Under the pieces are notes generated by a model. The model was not told the DNA's origin and made no database searches. It saw only the letters and a program-made list of their open reading frames with translations. A stretch of DNA of 64,000 nt from Dimorphilus gyrociliatus (taxonomy: Eukaryota > Animalia > Annelida): the NCBI GenBank assembly GCA_904063045.1, contig CAJFCJ010000006.1, positions 3,178,408 through 3,242,407 on the forward strand, read 5' to 3'. Positions 12,801-24,757 of this stretch are shown one piece after another (positions within the stretch are counted from its first letter, which is position 1; each line of letters begins with the position of its first letter). Made by a program: the position numbers and the translations under genes.

Positions 12801-13683
12801 AGGGAATCTACGATTTACATATCGAAATATTAGGAATTCCCCTTCTACCTTGGGAGCCTCCAGAAATGTGCTATGATGTAAAAGCTAGGTTGGTGCAAAA
12901 GTTGAATTAAGAGAATAAAATATTGTAAAATCTTAATCTTTCAAGGGATGTTATGTCAACACCTGTCTTTACTATGAGAAAGACAGAATTGGCTAATCGT
13001 GTTCACCAAGTGCTTAACGAAGGAGAATACTTAAACGGTTTTCCAGTTGTTAGAGAATATGAAACTGCTGATAACGAAAAGGTGAATAACTAATAATTAG
13101 CAAAATAATAGATTACCTGTGGGTATTATTAACTATAATTCTAACTTAGGCCTATTCTACTTATGGAAAACTTTGCGGTTTTATAACCCAAGAGCAATTG
13201 AAGGCAGCCTTAGAGCAACACGTAAGTACTCTTATCGAGATAAGTACGTCCTCTGATAATTTTGCCAATTTTATCAATTGTGCTATTACGTAGGATCAAC
13301 ATTACTCTGATTTGGAGGCTACTATCGATTTGGAACCATTTATGGACACTGGTCCCTTTACAATCTTGGAAGTGAGCAACTGATATAAATTTTTACACTC
13401 AAATCTTTTAGGCAATTTTTCATCATTCTATTAATTTTCAGGATGTTTCACTGCCAAAAATATTTAAACTATTTAGAGGATTAGGAATGCGTCACTTGAC
13501 AGTTGTAGACGAAGATAATAGAGTAAGTTTTGATTAAAAATTTTTCAGTCTATAAAAGATAATAAAACTACAATTTGAATTCAGGTAATTGGAATAATTA
13601 CTCGGCAAGATCTGGCAAGATATCGAAGTGAAGTTCATAAAGGAAAATTCAAGTTTGAAGAACTTCATGTTATAAAAGAATAA
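9838..13683 (+). CDS. CLCN7: CLC-7-like lysosomal H+/Cl- exchanger (CLC-6/7 branch), multi-exon
   Basis: CLC signatures [17 protein letters not shown] (gating Glu), [30 protein letters not shown] (proton Glu), [17 protein letters not shown] (central Tyr) and CBS domains ending [33 protein letters not shown]; stop at 13681-13683. The start exon is inferred from splice signals. Confidence 0.9.
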
Positions 13684-14209
13684 ATAGACTATTTGAATGA
13701 GTTATTTTTATAAAGAACAAAATTAATGATTATTTAAGCTTGATACCTGAACAATTTGCTCAATTGGAAATATTAGTTCAAATGCTTTATTTTTCTTCTA
13801 CGTTTTTGTGCCATGTTGTAGAGAAGTATGATTACTTTTTTTTATCAATTTACTGTTCATTTAGATATAGTCAACAATTACTTTAGATCATAGTTAGAAA
13901 AATTGAATTTTATTGAAATAATATATTTTAAAAACATTTATTACAGTTTTTTGACTGTTTCTCTCACAAGTTTAATATTATTTATTTGTTTTTTTTAAGT
14001 CCAAACATATGTTTATCAAACGTAGTATTTTAAATTAAGTTGAATAGCCAAATTCAAAAAGAAGAGGCGAAAACAAAGAAATTATATACCTACTACTGTA
14101 AATATATAGTTTATTCTTGTTTTTATCAAGATGTAAAATACATAGATTATCCGAAGTTTGTAGAGCATAAATAATCGAACTTTCCTTATATGTATATAAT
14201 AAATAAAAA

Positions 14210-16378
14210 CTACTTACAAGTGTTGATTTGGATACGTGTCACACATCTTTTACATTTTACATAACAGCACCAATAGTACTTGCAATAGCATCTGTGTGAT
14301 TTTTCAATCTGATGAGTAGTAAAGCCTCTCGAACAACACATATCGGAGCAATTATTTTCCTTACACGTTCTACCTTCAGTTCCAGGAGTATGGAAAAAAT
14401 TATCGGGTCTGCAATAATCAGGTGACGGTACGTTATAAACTAATGTAGTTTTTTCCGGTGTATTTTTTGTATGATATTTTGACGGGAACTTTCTTTTAAG
14501 TACTCTCTTCTGTCTTCTCCTATCCAGTCGACTTTTAACGTACATATGATTTTTCGGATTTCTATAGATTTCCTTTGAAGATGGAAGGAATTAATTGTTA
14601 TTATTATAATCCATATGTTTATAATAAATTAAATATATAGTGTATAAAAAGTGTACATTTATTGGAATATATTGTATAGTTAATGCAAATTTACGATAGC
14701 CAATTAAAATATTTCTAATCCAACGAAATATTTTCATTGGGTAATAAAAAGAGAAGAGGAAATGAGTCACGTGACAAAAAAAATTCATTAACATCTATTA
14801 AGATTGTACTTACCATTAAACATCCTTTTAAGTTTGTTATATAGTTACATAATAGTAATAAAGTTTGATTGTCTTGTTTTTTATTTGTATTAAATTGTAT
14901 AAACTTACGTATAAGTCTCTAGCGAGAAATTCGTATGTGGGTACAACTGTCCAACATGTTTTGATAATGCATGTTCCACTGTTACCATGACATTTACACC
15001 TCGTTTCCAGAGCTTTCCTAACTACCTTAGAAATGATAAACAAAGCCGGCCGTTAAATTACCATTAGGAGTTAATTTATCAATTTAACGGTCCATCTTAG
15101 ACACAAAAGTAAACCTACTTCTCTGCCCAGTTCATTATTATGCAGTCTGACCAAATTTCTAGTGTTCAGCTTTCTCGTCCTTGTCCTATTGGATAGTTTA
15201 GCCCTATATCTTTGCTATAAGATTTAACGATGAAAGTGCTTAATTATGAACAAATTTACAAGATTTTACCCTCAGTTTGTAATTCCATTTAACGTCTCCG
15301 AAATAGGTGGCAAACTTTTCAGCGAATCTCGTATTATCAACGCATCCTTTATAGTGAAAAATTTCTTCTTTACCATCCTTTTTAACTTTTTCTTTCTTGT
15401 TTAAGGTTTGACATTGACAGCTCCTAGTCGAATCACTTACGCATGCGCGAGCGATTGTTCTCATTAAGAAGGCGTTGGAAAACGCATGTACATAAGCTAA
15501 TTGTTTTGTACCATAAACGAGGTCACCGCCAAAGTTTGGTGCTTTTCTTGCAGTGGTACAATTCCATCTTTCGTTTTCCAAAGAATTTGGACAGTAATGC
15601 ATAAAGTTTTCGACTGTAGTGTACAACGACTTCATTAGATCTTTTTGTTTTCTGCATATAAGAGCCTGATCCCTTGTGAAGATCCCTTTCTTCCTCAACT
15701 CTGAACATTGACGATTTCTTTCCACTTGAGTTATATTTTCTTTAAAAATTCCCCTATAGAAAAATATGGAAAAAGTAATAGAAGAAAATGTTTAAGGTGT
15801 TGGGAAAATTGCGTTCGAAGGCATAAAATAGCGTTACGAAGTCGTAAAATGTCTTTTCGAGCTTATCGGTTGGGCGACTTTAATGACGGTCGTAAAAAAA
15901 GAGGAAAAAAAACACCCGTTCGGCTTGTAATGTTATTTGATTCTACTGGTATTAATTATTCTATTCCCATTTCTATTGGTATATTTCATTCTTTTCTTAT
16001 TTCTCTCTCTCTCTCTCTCCTTTCTTTCTGTTAATATGATAATTTTTTCTGCTAATTACAATATGCCAATGTAATATTATTGCTCTCCTTTCTGTTCTCC
16101 TCCAAATAAGGCGTAAATCTCTTAAATTCCCCTAACTTTTTAGCTTACTACATAAGTTTAAAAACTTTATACTTACAGCCAGTTAATTGCAAACGAACTG
16201 CAGATAAAACTATTCAATAAAATTGCTTGTAAAAGTAACATTCTCTTATGTATGTCATATAATCTTCTTCAATTGATAAGCTTTTCGATTCAACTGACTC
16301 CTCACTGGACGAATATTGTCTAAACAACCAAGACGAACCAGGTGGCGAAAGAAATAAAAAAAACTACGGTGCTGCTAC
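14210..16378 (-). CDS. WNT11: Wnt ligand, Wnt11-like; the start codon and first exon are unresolved
   Basis: Full Wnt Cys scaffold with RWNCTTARKAPNFGGDLVYGT, LVRLHNNELGRE, CKCHGNSGTCIIKTCW and RCYCKYYWCCYVKC. APN..DL..GT and KY.WCCYV.C are Wnt11-type features. A hydrophobic exon 16378-16340 (SSTVVFFISFATW) is a tentative signal-peptide part. Confidence 0.82.
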
Positions 16379-17244
16379 CTATAAATGGAATTTACCTTGT
16401 CTTTGAGTGAACGAACACAAAGTTTTATAAAAACGTTATGTTGATATTAAATAGATAAAAACAATTTCATGCGTTCTTGTAAAATAAAAAAGACACTACT
16501 GTTTTTCCACCCAATTCTCTAAAACATATGAATATTCATTAGAAGGAATGATATAAATATTCAAATTTATGGACATTGAATTATAAAATATTACGTTAAT
16601 AAGCTATTTATTATAATATTTATTCAAATTATAAGGAGGAAACGATTGATGGAGACCAGTGGTAATCGTTCCCTTAAGATATTTATATCTATAAACAAGA
16701 GAGAGAGAGAGAGAAAGAGAGAGGGAAAGAGTGCAAGTTTACTCTGGTACGAATAGATTAACCCGTTTAATTATATATTACACACCTGTATAAGCTATAA
16801 AAGCCTTTTAAAAAATCATTTAACATTGTAACCGCTTCTAGAAACATGTATATATTGCAAATATATATAAAGTGAACTTGAAAAAACTAGGCTATTCTAG
16901 GCCGAATTCAAACTAATAATAAACAAAAAAAGACATAACAAAGACAAGGATTATTAATAAAAGAAAGAGGAGAAAGAGAGAAGTAATTTAAAATACTTTT
17001 ATACTATAAAATAAAATAAACGAGATCTTTTTTCTTTAAAAAAAAAAAGAATTTCGTATTTATATGTAAATGTTTTGGAAAATTCTATCAAAGTATCGCT
17101 ACCTCACTTAGATTATTTACTTTAAAAGAAATTATTACGTAACATTGTATAATGAACAAGAAGAAAAACAACATAAAAGAATCTATTTCTATTGAAATTG
17201 ACTATCTTTGGTATAATAAAAAAGAAAACGGAATAGTAGTAGTA

Positions 17245-17283
17245 GAAGAAGAAGAAGAAGAAGAAGAAGACGAAGAAGAAGAA
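17245..17283. repeat. (GAA)n microsatellite
   Basis: About 13 GAA units with one GAC interruption, in the Wnt11/TGase intergenic region. Confidence 0.85.
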
Positions 17284-17503
17284 TGGAAAGAAAGGAGAAA
17301 ACCTTTTAAAATTTTTTCTATTAATTACTTGTTACAAGTTTCCTTTATTAAATAAAACCTGCTTCATACTTTCTTGGATTTTATGAATAAAACTGAAGTT
17401 TTAATGAGTTTAATAGTTAATTTTATAGAGAATTTGAAAAAAAAAAACTGTATATCTATAATATATATATATATATATATATAGTTTGTTTGTAAATTTA
17501 AAG

Positions 17504-19864
17504 TTATGCTTGTATTTTGACATCAGCAATTCCAGTGACTCCGGTTAGTTGTGCAGAATGGAAGGATGCCAGTAATGATTTTACCCCGCTATGAACAGGC
17601 ACCATATTTACAGTTGTACTAACTCTTTCGTACGATTCAACATCTCTGCAAAATTGAGAATTTAATTTTAAAGTTTTATGATACTAAATGTTTTATAAAT
17701 ATAGGTTTTACCTGCAAGATATGATTTCTATTAGTCCTCCTGGTCCTTCTACTCTCCATTCGCATTGGGTCAAGGCTACCGGCAAAGTATTCTCTAGTTC
17801 TATTGATAGGTTGCATGGTACGCCTACTCTTACGAGTGGAGGTATTTTAATTGACAATTCAGGGCTCTTTAATCTTCCTCTTTGGACATGTGCATATTGT
17901 TGTCCAGTTTGTTGTACACTTGCTCTTACTGCAACGTCAAAACAAAGATGATCTGTCAGCGTATATATATAGTCTTCATATGTTAGATGTAAGGTAAGAG
18001 TTTCAGCTTTGATGGCTGGTAATTCTATGTCGTACACTCTCTGCTTATTTACCGCTTTCCTTATACCCGTATAGTAGACGCTAAGGACCGCGATTGTCAA
18101 GGTTACGTTCCTTACAGACCTACTACAATTTTGTACTGTAATGGTTACGTCGAACGGGGCTCCGGCAATAAGATCTTCTGGAACAGATGCTTCAATTTTT
18201 ACATCTTCTATTTCGTTAACACTCGACATATCCAATTGCGTGCGAGCGCAAGGCAAATTTGCAGATCGAACTGACGCTCTCTTCTCTTCGCTTCCTATAG
18301 AGAATTTATAGTTAGCACTGATATCCACTTGGAGAGGGAGAACATGTTTATGTGTCTTATCCAACACAGTTACTCCTTTAGGATTTCTCTGGCAAATTCC
18401 AATACTATTTGCTAGGGTGTCTTTTTCAACCCTTTTCATCCATCCTCCATCCTGTCTTCTTAACCAATGAACAACATCAGCATTAAGACTACCAAATGCG
18501 CAATCTGTTCCAAATGGGGCGTAAGCTAAACCTTTTTTTAGGGCACAAACTGATATAGGCCCAGCATATCCAGTGCTTATTGACATATGCCTGGGTAGAG
18601 GATCGACCATCTGCCATCCACCCATTCCTTTTGGTAAATCTCTTCTGGCAAAATAACACTCCAGCCAGACTCTATATGACCATATAAAGTCACTATCCAA
18701 ATTTGACATGGCAGAACCTTTCTCATCCCAATGAAAATCCAATGTTTTGTAGGAATCAAGATCATGAGCTACTGAGAATCCTGTTACTAATCTTGTAACA
18801 ATACCTAATGATTTGAATATAGAAGATAAAACGGCCGAAACTACAGAGCACTGGGCATAGCGAACTTTTTCTTCTTTCTCAAGCCATTTTTCCAGTATAG
18901 AAATGGTACTTAGCCATGCAGTTGGGGCTGTGCTTCCTTGGTATTTACCGTCGAATCTTGTTTCGACTACCCTTTCGCATATTAAAGGTGTTAAAGCTCT
19001 ACAGATGGCGATGACATCACCTCTTGAGTTGATGTCAACCGTTTCCAATAATTTTAGGGCCGAAGTGAGAACTGGAGTTTCATACTGAGAAAATTTCCAC
19101 GGTCTTATACCGGGTTGAAATTCACTTCCGGTTAGGATTCCACCAGTCTCTGAGAGAAGGTGCTCTTCCCTCTCCATTTCGTTATCCAAATATAAGCTAT
19201 CATACTGACAGAAGGGATTTCCTATGATAATTATATGAACTTTGTGCTTATAACTGTAAACAGACTTTAATTCTTCATTCAATCTTAGCGTGTCTATTTT
19301 TAGATTCCACGATCCTATTACACAATCAGGAGGGGAGTTTAATCGTAAATTGACGATATTTCCGTCCGTTGATAGGACATCAACACCCCATTTACACCGT
19401 CTCATTCCAAGATTAAAAGACATTGGTACAGACGTCCCTTTACTGTATCTAGGAGCATCTCCAATTTCGAGAACGACGGCTGCTTCATCTTCTTCGGTTA
19501 GGGGTCTATTAAATTCGACGCTAATATCGAATGATTGGCCTCTTCTAACAATAAGAGTTGCGGGATCCGAAGTACCATTTTCCCATTTAATTGCCCAAGT
19601 TAATTCGTAATTGTGTGTTTTATGATCAAGCGTGTTTTTGTGTACATTTAAGATGACGTCCTTTACCAGGACAGTTTCAGTTTCTATTCCTTCATAATTT
19701 GTATAATCGTTAACAGACCATCCTTTTGGTGGATCACAGCTTCTAACTGCTGTTAGTCGTCCAGTTGCCAGAGGAGGACAACTGCTCTCTGTCTCCGAGA
19801 CCTTACCATCTGGGGATGTTGATCCAGTCATCACCTTATTAAATTTATAGACTTTTTGAATCAT
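17504..19864 (-). CDS. Transglutaminase-fold protein, predicted catalytically impaired (exons 19864/19831-17712 and 17645-17504)
   Basis: TGase N-domain (LIVRRGQSF, SPPDCVIGSW), core (GNPFCQYDSLYL, RPWKFSQY, RYAQCSVV, FSVAHD, WSYRVW, GGWQMVDP) and two C-terminal beta-barrels; the second exon completes the barrel and ends KIQA*. Confidence 0.9.
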
Positions 19865-20206
19865 TTAACTATTATTCTAACAAATTATTGCAGTTTATCA
19901 CTTGCAATTGCAGTATTAATATTTAAAGAAACCATTGGTTTGATTTGATAGATGAAATTGTTAAACTTACTTACCAAAAAAATCAAAAGTTAAAGTTAAT
20001 TGAAGTTTAACGTGTCGTTAGGTTGATAAGACACTTTTTGGTTGTCAGGCAATAACGCTTTAACCGCTGAGGAATCGATTAATAGTATTTGAGCGCGAAG
20101 GTTAAAGCGTGAAAGGCTATCAATTTTTTTATTATTACGACCACGTGATCAATATATTAACCATTCGATATTAAGCATGTTTTAGCGGGTAATTGACTTT
20201 TTGGTA

Positions 20207-20219
20207 AGCGCCATCTGTA
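20207..20219. promoter_or_regulatory. CTCF-like motif AGCGCCATCTGTA
   Basis: Matches the CTCF core (reverse complement TACAGATGGCGCT); lies between the divergent TGase-like and IQCM-like genes. Confidence 0.45.
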
Positions 20220-20966
20220 TTTTAAATGACAGCTGGAAAACAGGATGTCAGTAAGTTTGCAAATATTGGAAAACGGCTAACGTCATATTTGCACTGGAAA
20301 AAAACAAAACAAATTAAAATATAGCGACTGCAAAAAAAGTTAAGATTAATCGAAATATAATTATTAATTATATAATCCCAGAAAATCTTTAATAATACGG
20401 ATATTTAATTAATCGATATTTAATTGTAGCCTTTAAACTATTTACACGGCGACGTGAGGAAAAAATCTTTGACAAACTATTTTAGTCTTTTTGTTTCTTT
20501 TCTAGAATAGCTTGGCAATATGCATTTTATTTTTAGATAATACCTATTGGCTAATTCATTTGCCTAATTAGCATATATGAATACAAATTTGAAGATTTTA
20601 TCAGGATTTCTAAAGAAAAACAGTTAGCAAAAGAAACAAAAAATAGGTAGTTTCTTTTTTGAGCTATTTAGTAAAAGAGAAAAGGAATTATGAAATGTTT
20701 GCACGAACGTGACAAACATTTATTGAAGCGGTAATTTTAATTTATTGACGATAATCAGTCACGCCGGGGTAAACGGTGTGAAACGAACTTTTCATACTAG
20801 TTTTAATTGAATTTTCTTGTCTGTATCACTCTGATTGTCGGAAGAGGACAGTCAAAACAAACACACTGAAAGGGAGAATAAATCTTAGTGAAGATAACTC
20901 ATCGGATCCATCTAAAGATATATAAATAGAGTTGTTTGTATGTTTTTGTTTACTGCTTAAGTAGGG

Positions 20967-22751
20967 ATGTATCAGAATATGAATTGGAAGAAATCCGGAT
21001 TTCTTCCATACTCTCTTAAAGCAAGACAATTAGAATTTACTGATCCAGGATTTGATAGATATTCTTGGTCTGCTGAGGTTCGATTAAAGGAGGAACGACT
21101 TGCTAACGAAAGATTTAGTTTGGAAGCCAGGAAGACGAAAAGGCAAATGAGGTCTAAGCCTTGGTCAGCCGATAAGAGTAAGGCTGAAGAAAGACAGAAA
21201 GTCGGTAGGGAGATAAAACATGTGACTAAATTCAGAAGATGGCTCGAAGAAGAGAGAAAAGCTGCTAAGCAACACCAAATGAACAATGAAGCCAGGAATA
21301 GAGAAAAGATAAGAGAGGAAAGAAAATCAGCGACAGTTTTAGCCAAGGAGAGAGAAAAGGAGAGAGAATTGGAGAAGATAAAAATGAGTAAGGAAATAGA
21401 AGCTTCAATGAAAATAAATAGTATTGTTAAAGGTTTTATTGTAAGAACTAGATTAATGAAAATTCGATTCAGAATTCACAAATCGCATGGAGACTGGAAG
21501 AATTTTATAAATGAATATAAAGGGATTCTGCAAAGAGTACAGAAAAGATATGGTAAACAAAAAATATCAACTCCTTTTAACACAAAAGATATCGTCAGAT
21601 TCATGTCAAGAAAGGAAAAGTATGATAAAACATTTTACAATATGGCGGTCGGTGACAAACTAGCTAAACATAATTTAATGAAGTTTTTTAGGGAGAATAG
21701 TTCTACCTTAACGGAAAGACAAGTAAATATTGCTTTTAGATCTCTATTTCAGAAATGTCAATCTAAAGCAGATATTTTCCTTGTATCCGATTTTTCGCCC
21801 ACCCTCTCGGATACAAGCTTCCGTACAATGCAGACGTTTTTAAAAGAGTTTGTCAGATGTTTGCATATATCAACAGAAAATGTTAGAATAGGATTTAGTC
21901 CTTTTAATACAGATGTTTTTGAAGGGTTTGATATTGATCAATATGGAATTTTATCGGATATTCTTAAGGGTTTAGACTTTGTTAAATACTCTAAAAACAC
22001 TATAACTTTTGAATCGGCTTTTAAGAAAGCTAAAGAAGGACTTCAAAAAAGTAGACGATCAGCTCCAAAGATAATGATAATAATCACTGATTTTTCCGAA
22101 GGAGGCCTCACAATAGACAAACAATCTCTAAAGAAAGACGAAATAAAGATAATTGGTGTTAATGTTGGCGACAGAACAGATGAATCATCCTCTACCTTGC
22201 TCGGGAAAAGTTCAACTTTTCAGTTGAATTCAATTCTAATTTTGGAGAGAATTCGTTTCAAAATGTATAGAAAATTAAAAATAAAGAATTGTCAATATTG
22301 CAACTTTCGAATACCCGAAGATTTCTTAATCGATATGAACAGACCGTTGCACAAGCATGAAATTTTTGAATTAGCTTGGACTCTTTACCCTCCAAGCGGA
22401 GCTGATATTTCAAAAGAGGAACAAATTCAATGGATAGAGAACGGTGGTATTCCAAATTTATATCCAAAGTTGAAATTGCTAAATGAAAAAGTTAAAATCG
22501 AAGAAGGAAAGGAAGAGAAAAGTCTTTGTTGGCAAATTCATTCTAAACTCGATATGAATTTCGATTCGAAGAAGAAAGCCCTTAAAAGTTCGAGTTCAGC
22601 ATCTTGGGAAGATCTAGAAGGAATGGCCGAAGATTATCTTAAGAAGAATAAAAAGCACCAGGTAAAAGAAAAGCTCAAAATAGAACTTGAAGAGAAGAAG
22701 AAAGAAAGGAATAGAAAACCTTTCAATCACCAACAATCACAAGAATCTTGA
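20967..22751 (+). CDS. Intronless coiled-coil + IQ + IQCM-like protein with an internal VWA domain (594 aa)
   Basis: Single 1785-nt ORF. IQ-like INSIVKGFIVRTRL; VWA ADIFLVSDFSPT...VRIGF...PKIMIIITD...IKIIGVNVG; flanking segments (FINEYKGILQRVQKRYG, RKEKYDKTF, ELAWTLYPPSGA) resemble IQCM as I recall it. Confidence 0.8.
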   Translation: MYQNMNWKKSGFLPYSLKARQLEFTDPGFDRYSWSAEVRLKEERLANERFSLEARKTKRQMRSKPWSADKSKAEERQKVGREIKHVTKFRRWLEEERKAAKQHQMNNEARNREKIREERKSATVLAKEREKERELEKIKMSKEIEASMKINSIVKGFIVRTRLMKIRFRIHKSHGDWKNFINEYKGILQRVQKRYGKQKISTPFNTKDIVRFMSRKEKYDKTFYNMAVGDKLAKHNLMKFFRENSSTLTERQVNIAFRSLFQKCQSKADIFLVSDFSPTLSDTSFRTMQTFLKEFVRCLHISTENVRIGFSPFNTDVFEGFDIDQYGILSDILKGLDFVKYSKNTITFESAFKKAKEGLQKSRRSAPKIMIIITDFSEGGLTIDKQSLKKDEIKIIGVNVGDRTDESSSTLLGKSSTFQLNSILILERIRFKMYRKLKIKNCQYCNFRIPEDFLIDMNRPLHKHEIFELAWTLYPPSGADISKEEQIQWIENGGIPNLYPKLKLLNEKVKIEEGKEEKSLCWQIHSKLDMNFDSKKKALKSSSSASWEDLEGMAEDYLKKNKKHQVKEKLKIELEEKKKERNRKPFNHQQSQES

Positions 22752-22817
22752 AGAAAATATATTATTATTAAAGCTGACACCTAATCATATTTTCCACGCA
22801 CGATATCAATGTGAAGA

Positions 22818-22830
22818 AGCGCCCTCTACA
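22818..22830. promoter_or_regulatory. CTCF-like motif AGCGCCCTCTACA
   Basis: CTCF core GCGCCCTCTA, 67 nt after the IQCM-like stop codon. Confidence 0.4.
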
Positions 22831-24083
22831 AAAAAAAAATTAAACTAAATGAATAAATATAATAGTCTATTCAATGTTGTCTATTCCCTTCTTATTAAAA
22901 GTATATAAAGAAATATATAATGAATAGTTGAATTTTTCTTCTGTTTTATGTAAAAAAAGACAAAAAAAAACAATAGATGGCATACATATGCATATATATA
23001 TATATATATTGTTATGTTGGAATACTTCACACAGAGAAGCTATACAGAAAAATATCAGAAGGTACACTTTCTTATGCTTTTGTATAAAAGTGAAGCACAT
23101 AGAGACTACTCAAACTAATATCCGTAGCAAAAAAAAGACACATTTCTGTTGTTGTTATTATCGTTATTCGGGCAAGTAGGAGTAAGATTTTTCTCCTCAT
23201 CCCTTTTTGTAGATAATTCTTTTTCTTTTTTTTTTAAAAAAAAAAGGCATCTATAAGCAAACAGAAGCAAAAAGAAAAAAAAACAAATAAACAGGAGAAA
23301 AAAAAGAGGAGAGAAAGGAACGAAACTAGCATCTTTTTTTATATGTAATATATATTGTATACTTACATACATACATACATATATATATATATAATAAAAC
23401 AAAAGAATGAAGGTCATTTTTTTGTTTTCAAATAGACAAAAAAAGTTTTTGCCTTCTTTACAAGATTTGTATGATTATAAAGAGAGAACAGGCTAATGCA
23501 TATTTTTTTCTCCGTCAATAAATGGAAAAAAGAAATAACGCAAAATGTAAACAAACAAACAAAAAAAACATACATTAAAGTAAACAATTTTTATAAGCAC
23601 CAATATGCAAAAATAAGAACATTTTGTTTTTTTAAAAAAAAATGAGATTAAAAACAGTTATTACAATATAATTATGTCAAGCACTTTGTTCATTTTTCTT
23701 CTACTGCAAAATGAGAAGAAGAAGATGATGAAGAAGAAGAATAAGAATAAGAAGTATTAATAGTAATAGAAGCAAACTTGTTCGTGCTATTTTTTGTCTG
23801 TTTTCTTTTAAACGTATACATAAAATGAAAATAAAGAACTAATAGTCATTTTTTTAAAAAGAAAAAACTAAAAAACAAATGAAAGTAAGAGAGAAGATGT
23901 TTCTTTTTTACTATGGATAGATAGGCCGACGTTTCTAATGTTGACTAGAGTCGGTTGACATTTCCGAAAAAAGAAAATAAAAATGGATGTTGTATAAAGA
24001 TAGAAGGTTTCTTTCTTTTTGTTCTTGTCCTATGCTTTTTTTTTTTTTTACATTTTCTTATTTCGCTATAAAATTGAATAGCA

Positions 24084-24726
24084 CTATACGAATGTGGATA
24101 GAGCGTTGGGAGGATTGATATCAGGCGTTTCTGGAACTTTATCGCCACCGTATTGGCCAATAAACGAACCGTCTTCGCCAAAAGTATTCGGATCGGGATC
24201 CTCATCATACTCTGCCAGAGAATCTGTTTCTGAATCGATTAAATTCCCTTTAGAGTCAATAGAGCCTCCCTTCCGTCTTTTTGATGGCATATCATCTCTA
24301 ATAAAGATAAGAATGAAAAAGGATTACGGATAGGCTGAATAACGAAAGCTACACGTTAAATTCTACTTACGGTCTGCCGAAATCTTTAGCATTACTCTCT
24401 TCATCTTCATCTGGTATTCCGTGTAGACGTTCCTTCTCATAAACTAGAAAGAGTAGAATATTGTTTAATTGTAAAATCAACTAACTAAACTTCTATTTAT
24501 ATATTTATATATATCTTACCTGGATACTTTCCACCTCTATTATATCTATAGCAACAGATAATAGCAATAATGATGAATAGCAACAGAATTATTCCCAAAA
24601 TCACTCCAATAAGTATGTAGTTCATATTGGACTTGGAGACGCTGTCGCCTGTAATATGGATAATAATGAGTTGTTTATTAATTATATAGCAGCTGAGTTT
24701 TTGTATACATTATAATAAATTATTAA

Positions 24727-24757
<31 letters not shown>

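Noticed and set aside
15050-15090. 10-bp perfect inverted repeat (CCGTTAAATT/AATTTAACGG) in a Wnt11 intron
   Set aside because: It is single-copy, the hairpin does not span the splice sites (not a mirtron) and it is too short to call an element.
17152-17355. Poly-Glu ORF
   Set aside because: Artefact of the (GAA)n microsatellite.
22867-23417. Several low-complexity Phe/Ile/Lys-rich ORFs
   Set aside because: They translate A/T runs and TA repeats in the convergent 3' UTR region.
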